From: a virus
Lineage: Duplodnaviria > Caudoviricetes
Strand: one strand, 5' to 3'
IMG/VR virus record: IMGVR_UViG_3300033076_001145
Coordinates: 144,635-208,634 of that record
DNA length: 64,000 bases
The stretch's first letter is position 1. Each line of letters begins with the position of its first letter. Shown here one piece after another: positions 46,194-55,768 of the stretch. The notes under the pieces were generated by a model. It had not been told where the DNA came from, made no database searches, and worked only from the letters and a program-made list of their open reading frames with translations. Both the position numbers and the translations under genes were made by a program.

Positions 46194-47085
46194 GAAGCCT
46201 GAGATTACAGCTTTGATTGAGAACCTTTGGAAGGATTATTGTTTCCCTTCGTATCCACTTCCTTTTGAGAAGTATTTCTCAGTGACGGTCTTTTAAGTTT
46301 ACCACTCTTTGAGGTTTGAATTACTCTATCAGTACTCAACTCTTTCCGAGGTTGCCACCCCAGTTCGTCCTTGCGGGATTAAAGGTCTTTCGTAACAATA
46401 CACATTGACTTGGGGTCTTTGTGTGCAATGAACGGCTCATTACTATGTAGTCACCTTTCACTCAAACCTGATGGACACTTTTCCTTAATGTATTTTAATT
46501 AATTGGATAATTTAAATTCCATTTAGTTTTGTGTCGTAGATGTGTCAGAGTAGTGGTCCACCGTAAGCTCCGTTTCCTTTTGAGAAACGAAATACTAAAC
46601 TACTCCGTGAAGTGTCCCCACCTCCATATTCCAAGATTACTTCATAAAGAGACCTTGGTAGGTCTGACTTTAGGGGTAGTAGCGACACCACTCGTTCTCC
46701 ACCTTACCTTTCGGTTTTAAGTCCTCTATCATATTGGGACCCGCAATAGTGTGATTGGATAATCACATTTCTTACAGAGTTCCTATGGGTTATTCTTATT
46801 ACTCTTCCGAGTTCAACCTGACAATCTACTTTGCCAGGTCACCCTACCATTTTCCCTACGAAGTTATCCTCGGTACCGAAGGTTTGGTGATATCCCACTT
46901 GTGTACTTGAGTTCAATTTCCCTTACGGGATTTCAAACCGCAGTCTCCTCAACACGGGGGAGACCACTTTATCCTACTTTCGTAGTTTATTTAAGGACCA
47001 TACACGGCCCATTATCGTTTATCAGATTAAATGTCTCATAATCAACCCGAAGGTCTCATAATCAACTACTGAATGGATAATCTAT
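46194..47085 (-). ncRNA. large (~890 nt) ornate ncRNA candidate
   Basis: No credible ORF, many GNRA/UUCG-capped hairpins, tandem promoters and boxA-like motif upstream, terminator at 46160-46184. Confidence 0.65.
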
Positions 47086-47088
47086 TTT

Positions 47089-47370
47089 TTCAAAGAACGT
47101 TTCGGACATTTCCGAATTGTTTTACAAATTTACGACATTTATTTCTATTTGTCAAGTTATTTGTTAACTTTTTTTTGAGATTTGGAAACTTTAATCGTTT
47201 TACCACTCTGTGAACCTTAATCTCAAATCCTTTACAAACTTACAACATCTTTTCCAATTTGTCAAACTTTTTGTAAAGTTTTTTTTAGTTTTGACTACCG
47301 AGTATCTTTCATTTCCTATAAGTGTCAAATCTTTTACAAACTTAAAGCAAATATTCGGTAGTGTCAAATA
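47089..47370 (-). promoter_or_regulatory. three tandem promoters plus boxA-like motif
   Basis: TTGACA...TAA(A/G)TTTGTAA near 47125-47156, 47234-47266, 47337-47367; GTTCTTTGAA at 47089-47098. Confidence 0.7.
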
Positions 47371-47374
47371 AATA

Positions 47375-47785
47375 TCACAAAAAATTCAAAAGTAGTTCTT
47401 TAATACCACTGGACATATATAAATTTTCAATTTCTTGTTTCCCAGCATACCCACATTCACTATGTTCATACCCGTCCATCGCATTTTCCAAGTCAGGAAT
47501 TATCCTTTCATTAGTTTCATAAAGAAAAACATGCAAAATACTTTTCTGAATTCCTTGTTTATTGAATCGATTTATTTTTCCAACAAACTCAATGTCTCCG
47601 TCTATATCGGCACCCATTTCTTCAATAAATTCACGATAAGCCGCCTCTTTTGGGTCTTCACCTGGTTCAATACCCCCCATAGGTATTGCCCATTTTTCCT
47701 CTTCACTATTTTCCTTTGACCTTTTACAAACCAAACATTTGTCTTTAACTTTTACTACAATTCCTGCAGATTCTTTCATAATCAA
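47375..47785 (-). CDS. NUDIX hydrolase
   Basis: GGIEPGEDPKEAAYREFIEEMG Nudix box. Confidence 0.9.
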   Translation of the reverse strand: MIMKESAGIVVKVKDKCLVCKRSKENSEEEKWAIPMGGIEPGEDPKEAAYREFIEEMGADIDGDIEFVGKINRFNKQGIQKSILHVFLYETNERIIPDLENAMDGYEHSECGYAGKQEIENLYMSSGIKELLLNFL

Positions 47786-47800
47786 TATTTATCTATAAGT

Positions 47801-48157
47801 ATGGTAGTAAAAATAAAAAATACCCCCTTTGATGTTAGAGTATGTAACTCTCGTAATGAAATTGAAAAAGGAATGATGGGTCAAAAATTCAAAGGATTTG
47901 ACGGTATGTTATTCTTTATGGGTACTGGAGAACATTCCTTTTGGATGAAGAACTGTATAATTCCTTTGGATATTATCTTTATTAATAGCAATTTAATAAT
48001 AACTGATATTCACCATAATTGTCCTCCATGTAAGGGTCCATTATGTGACAATTACGAAGGATATGGTAAATATGTTCTAGAATTACCAGGTGGTAAATGT
48101 AAAGAACTTAATATTGAAGAAGGTGACTCAGTTAAATTTAACTTTGGTTCTCATTAA
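47801..48157 (+). CDS. DUF192 family protein
   Basis: GMM..GMLF..FWMKN.IIPLDIIFI..YVLELPGG. Confidence 0.85.
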   Translation: MVVKIKNTPFDVRVCNSRNEIEKGMMGQKFKGFDGMLFFMGTGEHSFWMKNCIIPLDIIFINSNLIITDIHHNCPPCKGPLCDNYEGYGKYVLELPGGKCKELNIEEGDSVKFNFGSH

Positions 48158-49538
48158 TCTTTTCCTGTAGAATAGTTACAAATCTATTCTGTAACATCTT
48201 TAAGAATTTAATGTAAGGAGAATCATCTTTTTCAGAATCGTATTTATACTTCCCTTGTGGGGGTCTCTTACTTCTTCCAATATAATTTAATCCTGAAATG
48301 TTTGTGATACACTTGTGTCCTCCAGAATTTGCTTGGATAATGTCCCAAACAGGAACCTGAACTGAGTCTAACATTTGCCATTCCTCTTCTGTAAGTTCAG
48401 ATGATTGTTTTGACATTAGTTCTTTAATATCCATAAGTTCTTTGGCTCCGTCTTCTTTATCCAAATATTTTTCACCGTAGATTGCCGCAAAATCTTTGAA
48501 TGTAAATCCAACTGACTCAGGTCCAACTGAAGTCTCTGAAACCCATTTAATGGTTGAAAGTGGAACCATTTTTTCTTTTAGTTGTCCTTCCCACTTTGAT
48601 AACACCTCTTGGGCAATTTTACCCAAATTAACACCTTTTAATTCTCTTTCTTTTTTAAATGGATTACAAGACGCTTGTAAAAGTCCTAATGGCCAAGCAA
48701 TCACTAAGAAATCAGCTTCAGGGTTATTTCTAAATGGAGTGTATCTGTCATATGAACCAGGGTTCATCATATTTCCACCACCATATTGAACGATAATATT
48801 ACCTTTAATTTCAGGATAGTCTTTCATTTTTGAAACATATCCCGCTTTGTTCATTTCAAGTCTATTTAAATCAGCCCAGTTTTGTTGTTTCATTATCTTT
48901 CTAATCTTATTAAAAATTGAAAGTAATGATGGCTGACACTCCATAACAAGAGTTTCTAAAAATCCTTTTTTGTTTTTAAATGCCAGTAAAAGTTTGTTTG
49001 TAACAAGACCCAACATCATTCTATTTTGAGATGCCGATGTGTCTTTATCAAACTTATAGATATAACTCATCACCATTTCAGGTGTGATGTCATTTGCAGC
49101 ATAATTAGCACTATCCACCATTGATATGGTCTTTACATCATCTGAGGTGAATGATTCTGATGATGGGATAATTTGAGAAAGTGTTTCAACATTTGAACGA
49201 GCTTGTCTGAATGAAACTGAACCAGTTTCCTCTGCTCCGGCTTGTCTATCGTGGTGGTCAGTATGAATAACAAACATTGGTTTCCCATGTGCAAAATCAA
49301 CCAAAACTGGCATCACCTCTCCACGAGCATCTGCTTTTTTAACAGAAAATTCTTTATCACCATATTGGATGACTTCAGTATCAACAACTTCAATTCCGTT
49401 GTCCTCCAAGTATTTTTTCATGGCAATTGCCGATGTTACTCCATCTAAATCTTGGTGAAAATAAATTTTTGCTTTACTGTATCTATCAGATAATTCTCTG
49501 ATGTTTCTTAATCCACCTTCTGAAATAATTTTTCTCAT
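48138..49538 (-). CDS. DHH-superfamily phosphoesterase-like protein
   Basis: HQDLDG, LVDF, TDHH, GGH. Confidence 0.7.
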   Translation of the reverse strand: MRKIISEGGLRNIRELSDRYSKAKIYFHQDLDGVTSAIAMKKYLEDNGIEVVDTEVIQYGDKEFSVKKADARGEVMPVLVDFAHGKPMFVIHTDHHDRQAGAEETGSVSFRQARSNVETLSQIIPSSESFTSDDVKTISMVDSANYAANDITPEMVMSYIYKFDKDTSASQNRMMLGLVTNKLLLAFKNKKGFLETLVMECQPSLLSIFNKIRKIMKQQNWADLNRLEMNKAGYVSKMKDYPEIKGNIIVQYGGGNMMNPGSYDRYTPFRNNPEADFLVIAWPLGLLQASCNPFKKERELKGVNLGKIAQEVLSKWEGQLKEKMVPLSTIKWVSETSVGPESVGFTFKDFAAIYGEKYLDKEDGAKELMDIKELMSKQSSELTEEEWQMLDSVQVPVWDIIQANSGGHKCITNISGLNYIGRSKRPPQGKYKYDSEKDDSPYIKFLKMLQNRFVTILQEKINENQS

Positions 49539-49550
49539 ACTTAATAAATA

Positions 49551-49895
49551 TTACTCTTTCCAAAAAACTTGGACGAGAATAATAATCACTGATAGGGAGA
49601 GACATATTAATGTCTTAAATGTTATTTGTTCATTAAATAAATAATGAGCCATTGCAGCATATACCATAGTCCCGATAGAAAACCCTATAATTCTACTTGG
49701 CCATAACGCCCCATCATAATGTCTAATTAATAAATTAATCCCAACCATGAATATAACTGAAATTGGAATCCCGAGTAAAACAGAAAACCAATAGTTATGT
49801 TTAAAAAAGTCATACTTCATATGACCCTGTATTTGGAAAAATGTAAGGATTTGACCAACAATTAATAATATTATACCAAAAAAAAAGTTCATCAA
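49551..49895 (-). CDS. four-helix membrane protein (DMT/SMR-like)
   Basis: Four hydrophobic helices. Confidence 0.6.
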   Translation of the reverse strand: MMNFFFGIILLIVGQILTFFQIQGHMKYDFFKHNYWFSVLLGIPISVIFMVGINLLIRHYDGALWPSRIIGFSIGTMVYAAMAHYLFNEQITFKTLICLSLSVIIILVQVFWKE

Positions 49896-49937
49896 ATTAA
49901 TGATAAACTTTTCAAATTAAAATATCAATTTTTTATA

Positions 49938-50309
49938 TTAGTTAAGAGTAAGTAAGTATCTTAACTTGTTTAAGTCAGACAACATCTCATCTCTAATGTT
50001 TAATAAATCAGAATCTTTGGTCTCATCATAGACTTCATTGAATGAAAGTAAAAATCCTTCAACTTGTGTTAAAAATTCACCTAATTCAATTTCTTCCAAA
50101 TCTTCCCCATCAATTGTGTATCCACCTGAATATTTTGGTCTTCCGTGTTTTCCCATACAAGCCTCAACGAAATCGTCAATGTTACCATCTAAACTTTCAT
50201 AGATTTCACCGTATGCTTTATGTTGTGAGAACGATGTTGTTTGCCAGTGCATGAATCTGAACTGAACTTGTATTTTTACTAATGCTAAAACTATTTCTGA
50301 ATATTCCAT
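49938..50309 (-). CDS. ferritin/Dps-like phage protein
   Basis: HWQT..HKA...YE....D.FVE..NIRDEM...NKLRYLLTL. Confidence 0.7.
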   Translation of the reverse strand: MEYSEIVLALVKIQVQFRFMHWQTTSFSQHKAYGEIYESLDGNIDDFVEACMGKHGRPKYSGGYTIDGEDLEEIELGEFLTQVEGFLLSFNEVYDETKDSDLLNIRDEMLSDLNKLRYLLTLN

Positions 50310-50345
50310 ACTAATAAATATGTTATAAACTAAAAAAAACGGAGG

Positions 50346-51203
50346 TTATTGACCCCCGTTTTCAAATTCTAATTTTTGTTGTAGTTTTTGGTCGGCAAAA
50401 CCTTTTATCCTCTCCCTTGCAATATTTGCATAATTCTCAGATAATTCAATACCAATCCATCTTCTATCTAACACCTCAGCCGCCACACAACTTGTTCCAC
50501 TCCCATTGAAAGGGTCTAATACGATATCATTCTTATATGATAGTATTTTGATTGCTTTGGTCGGGATGTCCATTGAGAATGTCGCCTTTGTCATTGGTCG
50601 TGAGTCATTCAAATACTTCCACTGTCCAAACACCAACTCCATAAAATCCTTCTTGTCCTCATCCTGATAAACCATCTTAGTCTTACCTTCCTCAGTAATT
50701 GTTGGTTCTCCCTTCCATTGTGGAACACCCTTAACTTTCTTAATGTGGTGTTTCTTATAAGCCAAAATGATACATTCTTTCGGGTTATAGATATAAGGAC
50801 TCGACGGACTCATCCATGAACCCCACGCAGTTGTTTTACTTCTATGGGGGCTATCTTCCTCTAAATCAACCACACCAAAGAACTTAAACCCAATCTCCTT
50901 CATGACCTGATAAACTTCGGATACAAAGAAAATTCTACCACCCTTAGATTGTCGGTTAATTTCATAAGGAATATTCAAAGCAATTCTTCCGTCATCCTTT
51001 AAAACCTTATAAGCTTCAGTCATCCACTTACGAGTGAATTCCAAATACTCACTAATTTCCATATCATCATTATGGACATCATAAGCGATATTCACTCCAT
51101 AAGGTGGAGATGTCACAATCAAATCCACAGACCCCTCGGGCATTCCCTTCATTACCTCAGCACAGTCACCATTAATGACCTGATTTATATAATTTTCTAT
51201 CAT
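50346..51203 (-). CDS. N4-cytosine/N6-adenine DNA methyltransferase (beta class)
   Basis: TSPPY precedes DPFNGSGT. Confidence 0.9.
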   Translation of the reverse strand: MIENYINQVINGDCAEVMKGMPEGSVDLIVTSPPYGVNIAYDVHNDDMEISEYLEFTRKWMTEAYKVLKDDGRIALNIPYEINRQSKGGRIFFVSEVYQVMKEIGFKFFGVVDLEEDSPHRSKTTAWGSWMSPSSPYIYNPKECIILAYKKHHIKKVKGVPQWKGEPTITEEGKTKMVYQDEDKKDFMELVFGQWKYLNDSRPMTKATFSMDIPTKAIKILSYKNDIVLDPFNGSGTSCVAAEVLDRRWIGIELSENYANIARERIKGFADQKLQQKLEFENGGQ

Positions 51204-51451
51204 TTTTTCTCCAATGTTTCAATGTGATGTTGTAAATACCATAAAGCTTTCTTTAAATCCTGTAACTCAGCGTCACTATCTTTTTTACCAGCTCGTGAAA
51301 TGTATTTGACTGTGTTACCTAAACAGAACCCTAAGTCCCATGCATCAATAACTTTGATTGCTTCATAGACATTTGATTCTCCACCATAATGAGATGGGTG
51401 ATTAACCATTTCTATTTTTTCTCGTAAGTGTTTTAATAATTCTTGTTCCAT
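51200..51451 (-). CDS. DUF3310-like phage protein
   Basis: VNHPSHY..GNTVKYISRAGKK..DLKKALWYL. Confidence 0.85.
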   Translation of the reverse strand: MEQELLKHLREKIEMVNHPSHYGGESNVYEAIKVIDAWDLGFCLGNTVKYISRAGKKDSDAELQDLKKALWYLQHHIETLEKK

Positions 51452-51535
51452 AACTTTAAAATATATAGGGGTAAGTTTAAGCGGTGTGCTTTTGGACTAA
51501 TTTACACCATGGATTAACTTTGGCCTCCGCTCAAA

Positions 51536-51760
51536 CTATACTTTTACAAAATAATCTTTACCGTATTCACTTTCTTTGATTAGACCTTGCCCTAACAAAT
51601 CATCGATTTTTGTTCGACAGTCACCACTATTGGTTTTCAGAATATATTCACAGATATAAGTAATATGTAATGGTTGTCTTAACTTAGACAACAGTTGGTC
51701 TGTTGGTGTTGTAAATTTTCTCATATTCTCTAAATTTATTACTGATTTCTTGTGATTCAA
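51536..51760 (-). CDS. hypothetical protein
   Basis: Short ORF, start uncertain. Confidence 0.5.
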   Translation of the reverse strand: MNHKKSVINLENMRKFTTPTDQLLSKLRQPLHITYICEYILKTNSGDCRTKIDDLLGQGLIKESEYGKDYFVKV

Positions 51761-51846
51761 AGATTAAACAGTCTGATAAAATATAACGGTTAATTTTGGT
51801 AATATCAACCTCAATTTCTTTAATTTGTTCTTTTCCAACAATTCTT

Positions 51847-52590
51847 TTAGTGAATGACATCTGAATTTGTTTGATTAATAAATGAACTTTTGTGAATAAT
51901 ATGACTTAATATTTTCTTCTTAAAAATTGGTAACAAAGTAGGTTCTAATGGAAATTTTGTTAAAGTTGCAACTTCAAAAATTGGATAGTCCTGTCCTAAC
52001 AAATCTAACTTGTCTAAAAACCCTTCACTCTCCACCTTAGAGACCAAATTATGTCTGACTTTGTTATCTATTTTCAAAACTGAATTATTTTCAATAAAGT
52101 ATTCCCAAAGATAAGTAAAATTCTCATCAACATAATAAAAATATCCCTTTTCTTGTCTGTACTGTTCAGGGTTTTTTCTAATTGTTACAGAAATTGCATC
52201 ATATACAAGTGTTGATACGGATTTAACAATGTTGAAGTATTCAAATATTTTGGGTGCTGCAAATTGTAAAATCTTATTAAACTCCTCAAAATCGTTTTCT
52301 TTCTCTATTGGGACTGGTTTGAATTTAAGTTCAGATAAAAGAATTTCGTCATCGTCGCTTTTGAATGTCTTCTCGTGATATAGAGTTTTAAATTCAGAGT
52401 TAATTGCGTGAATATTCGCCAGTTGTAAGGACACTTCACTATAGAGTGGATAGAGTTCGAAATTCTCTATTTTCTTATCACACTTTTTTAGAAAATCTAA
52501 TAATAGATATTGTTTGTGTTCTAAATCAACTGGGTCGGAATATAACCACTCGGTGTTCTTCCTGAAGTCAATTTTCTTTTTTGATTTCAT
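51847..52590 (-). CDS. hypothetical protein
   Basis: 247 aa; PVDLEHKQYLLL. Confidence 0.75.
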   Translation of the reverse strand: MKSKKKIDFRKNTEWLYSDPVDLEHKQYLLLDFLKKCDKKIENFELYPLYSEVSLQLANIHAINSEFKTLYHEKTFKSDDDEILLSELKFKPVPIEKENDFEEFNKILQFAAPKIFEYFNIVKSVSTLVYDAISVTIRKNPEQYRQEKGYFYYVDENFTYLWEYFIENNSVLKIDNKVRHNLVSKVESEGFLDKLDLLGQDYPIFEVATLTKFPLEPTLLPIFKKKILSHIIHKSSFINQTNSDVIH

Positions 52591-53882
52591 TAATCAATTA
52601 TTTCAAAAATATAGTAAGTATCATTATCAAATTCAACACTATCTTCAGTCCCATCATAGTAATTTAATGAGTTACCATATCCGTCATCTCTAACTACCTG
52701 TTTGGCAACAGCATCTTCATCAATAAAGTTTGAAATGTCTAAACCATAATTTTTAATAGTCTCAATTGGGTCAGAAACCAAATCATTCAATAATTCCTCA
52801 ACCTTATCATCAATCATATGTTCAGGAATATCTTTATCACTGTCTCTTAGGTCTTCCAATTCCTCATTCAATTCATCCAATTCTTCTTGCGATAAATTTT
52901 CATGGTCTTCTAATCTCGCTTCAATTTCATCCATTCTATTTTGAACATCTTCGCTATATTCAAAATCATCCTCATCAAAATAACTTTCCAAATTCTCCCT
53001 CACATTATCATACTCACCGTCTCTGAAATAATCTTTTATATCCTCCTCATCAATATTGTCACGAATTACCCAATCAGAAACAGCATTTTCAACACCTCCA
53101 GCACCGTCAAATGAATCTTTAACATTCTCAATCGCACTAATTTCAGTATCATATTCGTCACCAACATAATAAATTGATTTACTTAATCCTTCAGGGTTTG
53201 CAACTCTAAACCCACGAAGTCTGTAATGCCTACCTTCAGGAATTAAATCATAAACATCAATTCTTTTTTCAATTTCTTCTATTTCAGTATTGATACTATT
53301 TAACTCACTCAAGTTTTCATCATCTTCAGTTTCAGCCTCAATTTGTTCTCGTCTTTCTTTTTCAGCGTATAACTGTGTTAATCTTTCTTGGTCACCAGGT
53401 TCTTTTTCTTCAAACTCAGTTCGAATTAGGTATTTAAAAAGAGCGTTTGCGCATTTTCCTAAATCATCTAAATTACCGTCTTCATCCCAATCACCTCTTT
53501 CTCTCATTTCTTCTTGTGTTCCTAATTTCTTTTGGAACTCTATATAATCTAATCTTTTTTGTAGTGGAGTGTTATATTTCCAAATGTATCCACTTACGGT
53601 GACCCCATCTAAAGTTTTAATCTGAGTATTACTAACATCTAATTTACCCTTTACAGTAATTGTTCCTAAATCTTGTAGATTACTTCTACCTATAATCAAA
53701 TCCCCATTAACAATCATTTTTTTTCCTCGATATTGTCTATCATCTTGGATGGCTTTAGCACTCCATCCATAATATGGTAACATTTCTTGGAATTCATCAG
53801 GAGTAAAAATTACTTGGTCGTCCGTAATCTCTTCTTCATTGATTAGTGACCTTAAAACTTTTTTAATAGATTCTCTTAACAT
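52590..53882 (-). CDS. acidic protein with short LRR-like repeat
   Basis: 430 aa; VNGDL..VKGKLDVSNTQIKTL; RSLINEE leader. Confidence 0.75.
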   Translation of the reverse strand: MLRESIKKVLRSLINEEEITDDQVIFTPDEFQEMLPYYGWSAKAIQDDRQYRGKKMIVNGDLIIGRSNLQDLGTITVKGKLDVSNTQIKTLDGVTVSGYIWKYNTPLQKRLDYIEFQKKLGTQEEMRERGDWDEDGNLDDLGKCANALFKYLIRTEFEEKEPGDQERLTQLYAEKERREQIEAETEDDENLSELNSINTEIEEIEKRIDVYDLIPEGRHYRLRGFRVANPEGLSKSIYYVGDEYDTEISAIENVKDSFDGAGGVENAVSDWVIRDNIDEEDIKDYFRDGEYDNVRENLESYFDEDDFEYSEDVQNRMDEIEARLEDHENLSQEELDELNEELEDLRDSDKDIPEHMIDDKVEELLNDLVSDPIETIKNYGLDISNFIDEDAVAKQVVRDDGYGNSLNYYDGTEDSVEFDNDTYYIFEIID

Positions 53883-53964
53883 ACTAAATAAATATAATTA
53901 GTATTTCCTTTTTAAACAACAAATCAAATATTTATAGGTAATAAACTGTTTAAACATAATTAAT

Positions 53965-54099
53965 ATGGGATGTGGATGTAAAAATAATAAAACACCTCAA
54001 CAAGTTCAGCAACAGAAAGTACAAGAACAAACTCAACAAAAACAAATTCAAAATGCAGTTAAGGATACAATAATGAAATACTATCAAAAAAACAAATAA
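53965..54099 (+). CDS. small MGCGCK protein (44 aa)
   Basis: MGCGCKNNKTPQQVQQQ...; ATATTTATA motif upstream; below ORF-track cutoff. Confidence 0.6.
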   Translation: MGCGCKNNKTPQQVQQQKVQEQTQQKQIQNAVKDTIMKYYQKNK

Positions 54100-54143
54100 G
54101 TTTTAGTATTTATAAGTAATAAACCTCTAATACCTTTAAAGAA

Positions 54144-54200
54144 ATGAAAAACAATGGTGGTGGTAACAACAACGGCGGTGGTTGTGGTTGTGGTAAATAA
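54144..54200 (+). CDS. micro-peptide MKNNGGGNNNGGGCGCGK (18 aa)
   Basis: TATTTATA motif upstream, terminator-like hairpin at ~54237-54262. Confidence 0.45.
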   Translation: MKNNGGGNNNGGGCGCGK

Positions 54201-54307
54201 ATAATTGGACATTTTTGGCCAAAAATGTTTATTTGAAAGGGACTCGTATGGTCCCTTTTTTTATTTTTATACTACAATGTTATTTTTTTTTCAAATAATA
54301 TTACAAC

Positions 54308-54898
54308 ATGAATAGAAAAACATTTTGTAATGACTTCTCAAAATTTTTAACCAATCTTTATTCTGAGAACGGTAAATTTATGACTCAGGTATCTGTGACA
54401 GATACAATAAATTTTTATATAATTAAAGTTGATACTGAGAATCAAAATAATATAGACTCCTCCAATTTAGTCGAACTTTTTTGGAAACATGATAACAAAT
54501 CTTTTGGTGATTTAGAGTACTCAAAATTTAATGTTATCAATCTAATAAAAACAAATCAAAAAGATGTTATGAAAAATGTTAAATATGTTGTCAATTTAAA
54601 CTCACCTGAGACCGACCATATGGAGTCATCAGACTCGGGAGTTGTCACATCAGATTTCTTTACTGGTGTATCGGATAAACAATACTATAGTTTATATGAG
54701 AAACTTAAAACTATTACTGAATTAGTTTCCCCATATTTTAAAATATCAAAAATAGAATATAATATTGAGAAGTTTGAAATCTTATCGATTGATACTGACT
54801 CTTATTACCCATCTGAAAAATTACTATCAATTATTTTAGATAATTTTGATTTATCAGAAGAAATTAATACAGAAAACTTATTTTTGAATGTGATTTAG
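54308..54898 (+). CDS. hypothetical protein
   Basis: 196-aa ORF. Confidence 0.7.
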   Translation: MNRKTFCNDFSKFLTNLYSENGKFMTQVSVTDTINFYIIKVDTENQNNIDSSNLVELFWKHDNKSFGDLEYSKFNVINLIKTNQKDVMKNVKYVVNLNSPETDHMESSDSGVVTSDFFTGVSDKQYYSLYEKLKTITELVSPYFKISKIEYNIEKFEILSIDTDSYYPSEKLLSIILDNFDLSEEINTENLFLNVI

Positions 54899-55170
54899 AG
54901 TATGTTACCCTTAACAATCTCTAACGCCTCATTCAAATCCTGATAGTCTCTGTCAGGTGCAAATAATTGAGCCGACTCATCATCAGTTTCAACAATCATA
55001 AAAGATGGAATTAAATCATTACTTGTTATTTCAACAAATAAGTCGTATTCCTCTTTATGTTTATCAATATCCCTATTAATAAATTTAATCTTATTTTCTT
55101 TAAGGATTTTTTTAAACTCTCCACACCATGGACATCCTTCCATTGTATATACTACAAGTTTTTTACTCAT
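54895..55170 (-). CDS. glutaredoxin-like protein
   Basis: VYTMEGCPWC, cis-Pro LIP. Confidence 0.85.
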   Translation of the reverse strand: MSKKLVVYTMEGCPWCGEFKKILKENKIKFINRDIDKHKEEYDLFVEITSNDLIPSFMIVETDDESAQLFAPDRDYQDLNEALEIVKGNIL

Positions 55171-55469
55171 ACCATACTTTCTAATATAAGATTATTAATC
55201 TCCTTGGCAGATTTTAAACCAATTGAGGTTGAGACCACTTCACCTTCTTTAATATACTTAATTGCCGGAACTGACCTAATACCCATTAGTTTAGACAATT
55301 CAACGTCCTCTTCAACATTTACTTTATAAATTGGGTATTCAGATTCAACCTTATTTAATTCTTCTGATAACATTTTACATGGTCCGCACCATGTGGCGTA
55401 AAAATCAACTACCATACTTTCTTTATTGTTGATTTTTTCTTTTAATTCAATTGCACTAATTTCTTTCAT
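55167..55469 (-). CDS. trxA: thioredoxin
   Basis: DFYATWCGPCK. Confidence 0.92.
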   Translation of the reverse strand: MKEISAIELKEKINNKESMVVDFYATWCGPCKMLSEELNKVESEYPIYKVNVEEDVELSKLMGIRSVPAIKYIKEGEVVSTSIGLKSAKEINNLILESMV

Positions 55470-55768
55470 AATTTAAAACTTTTAATTAATAGATTGACAA
55501 AATTTTTCTTGTCCTGATTATAATAAATCTTTAAAAACGGTTTATCGTCTAATGGTTTTTTTGATAAATACAAATAAAAATCGTTTGATGTCTTACAAAT
55601 TAAGTCAGTGACAATTTCCTTATTACTTACCATAACCGATTCTGTAAAGATGACTTCTACATTTTTCTTTCTAATTTCATCAATATTAATATTATGATAA
55701 TCACCACAATCAATTATTGATAGTAAATCTTTGTTCTCTAAAAACTTATTTTCGTATTTAAAAATCAT
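55466..55768 (-). CDS. hypothetical protein
   Basis: 100 aa, coupled. Confidence 0.6.
   Translation of the reverse strand: MIFKYENKFLENKDLLSIIDCGDYHNINIDEIRKKNVEVIFTESVMVSNKEIVTDLICKTSNDFYLYLSKKPLDDKPFLKIYYNQDKKNFVNLLIKSFKL

Noticed and set aside
46194-47085. rRNA or RNase P RNA
   Set aside because: No universal rRNA motifs or RNase P GAGGAAAGUCC core recognised
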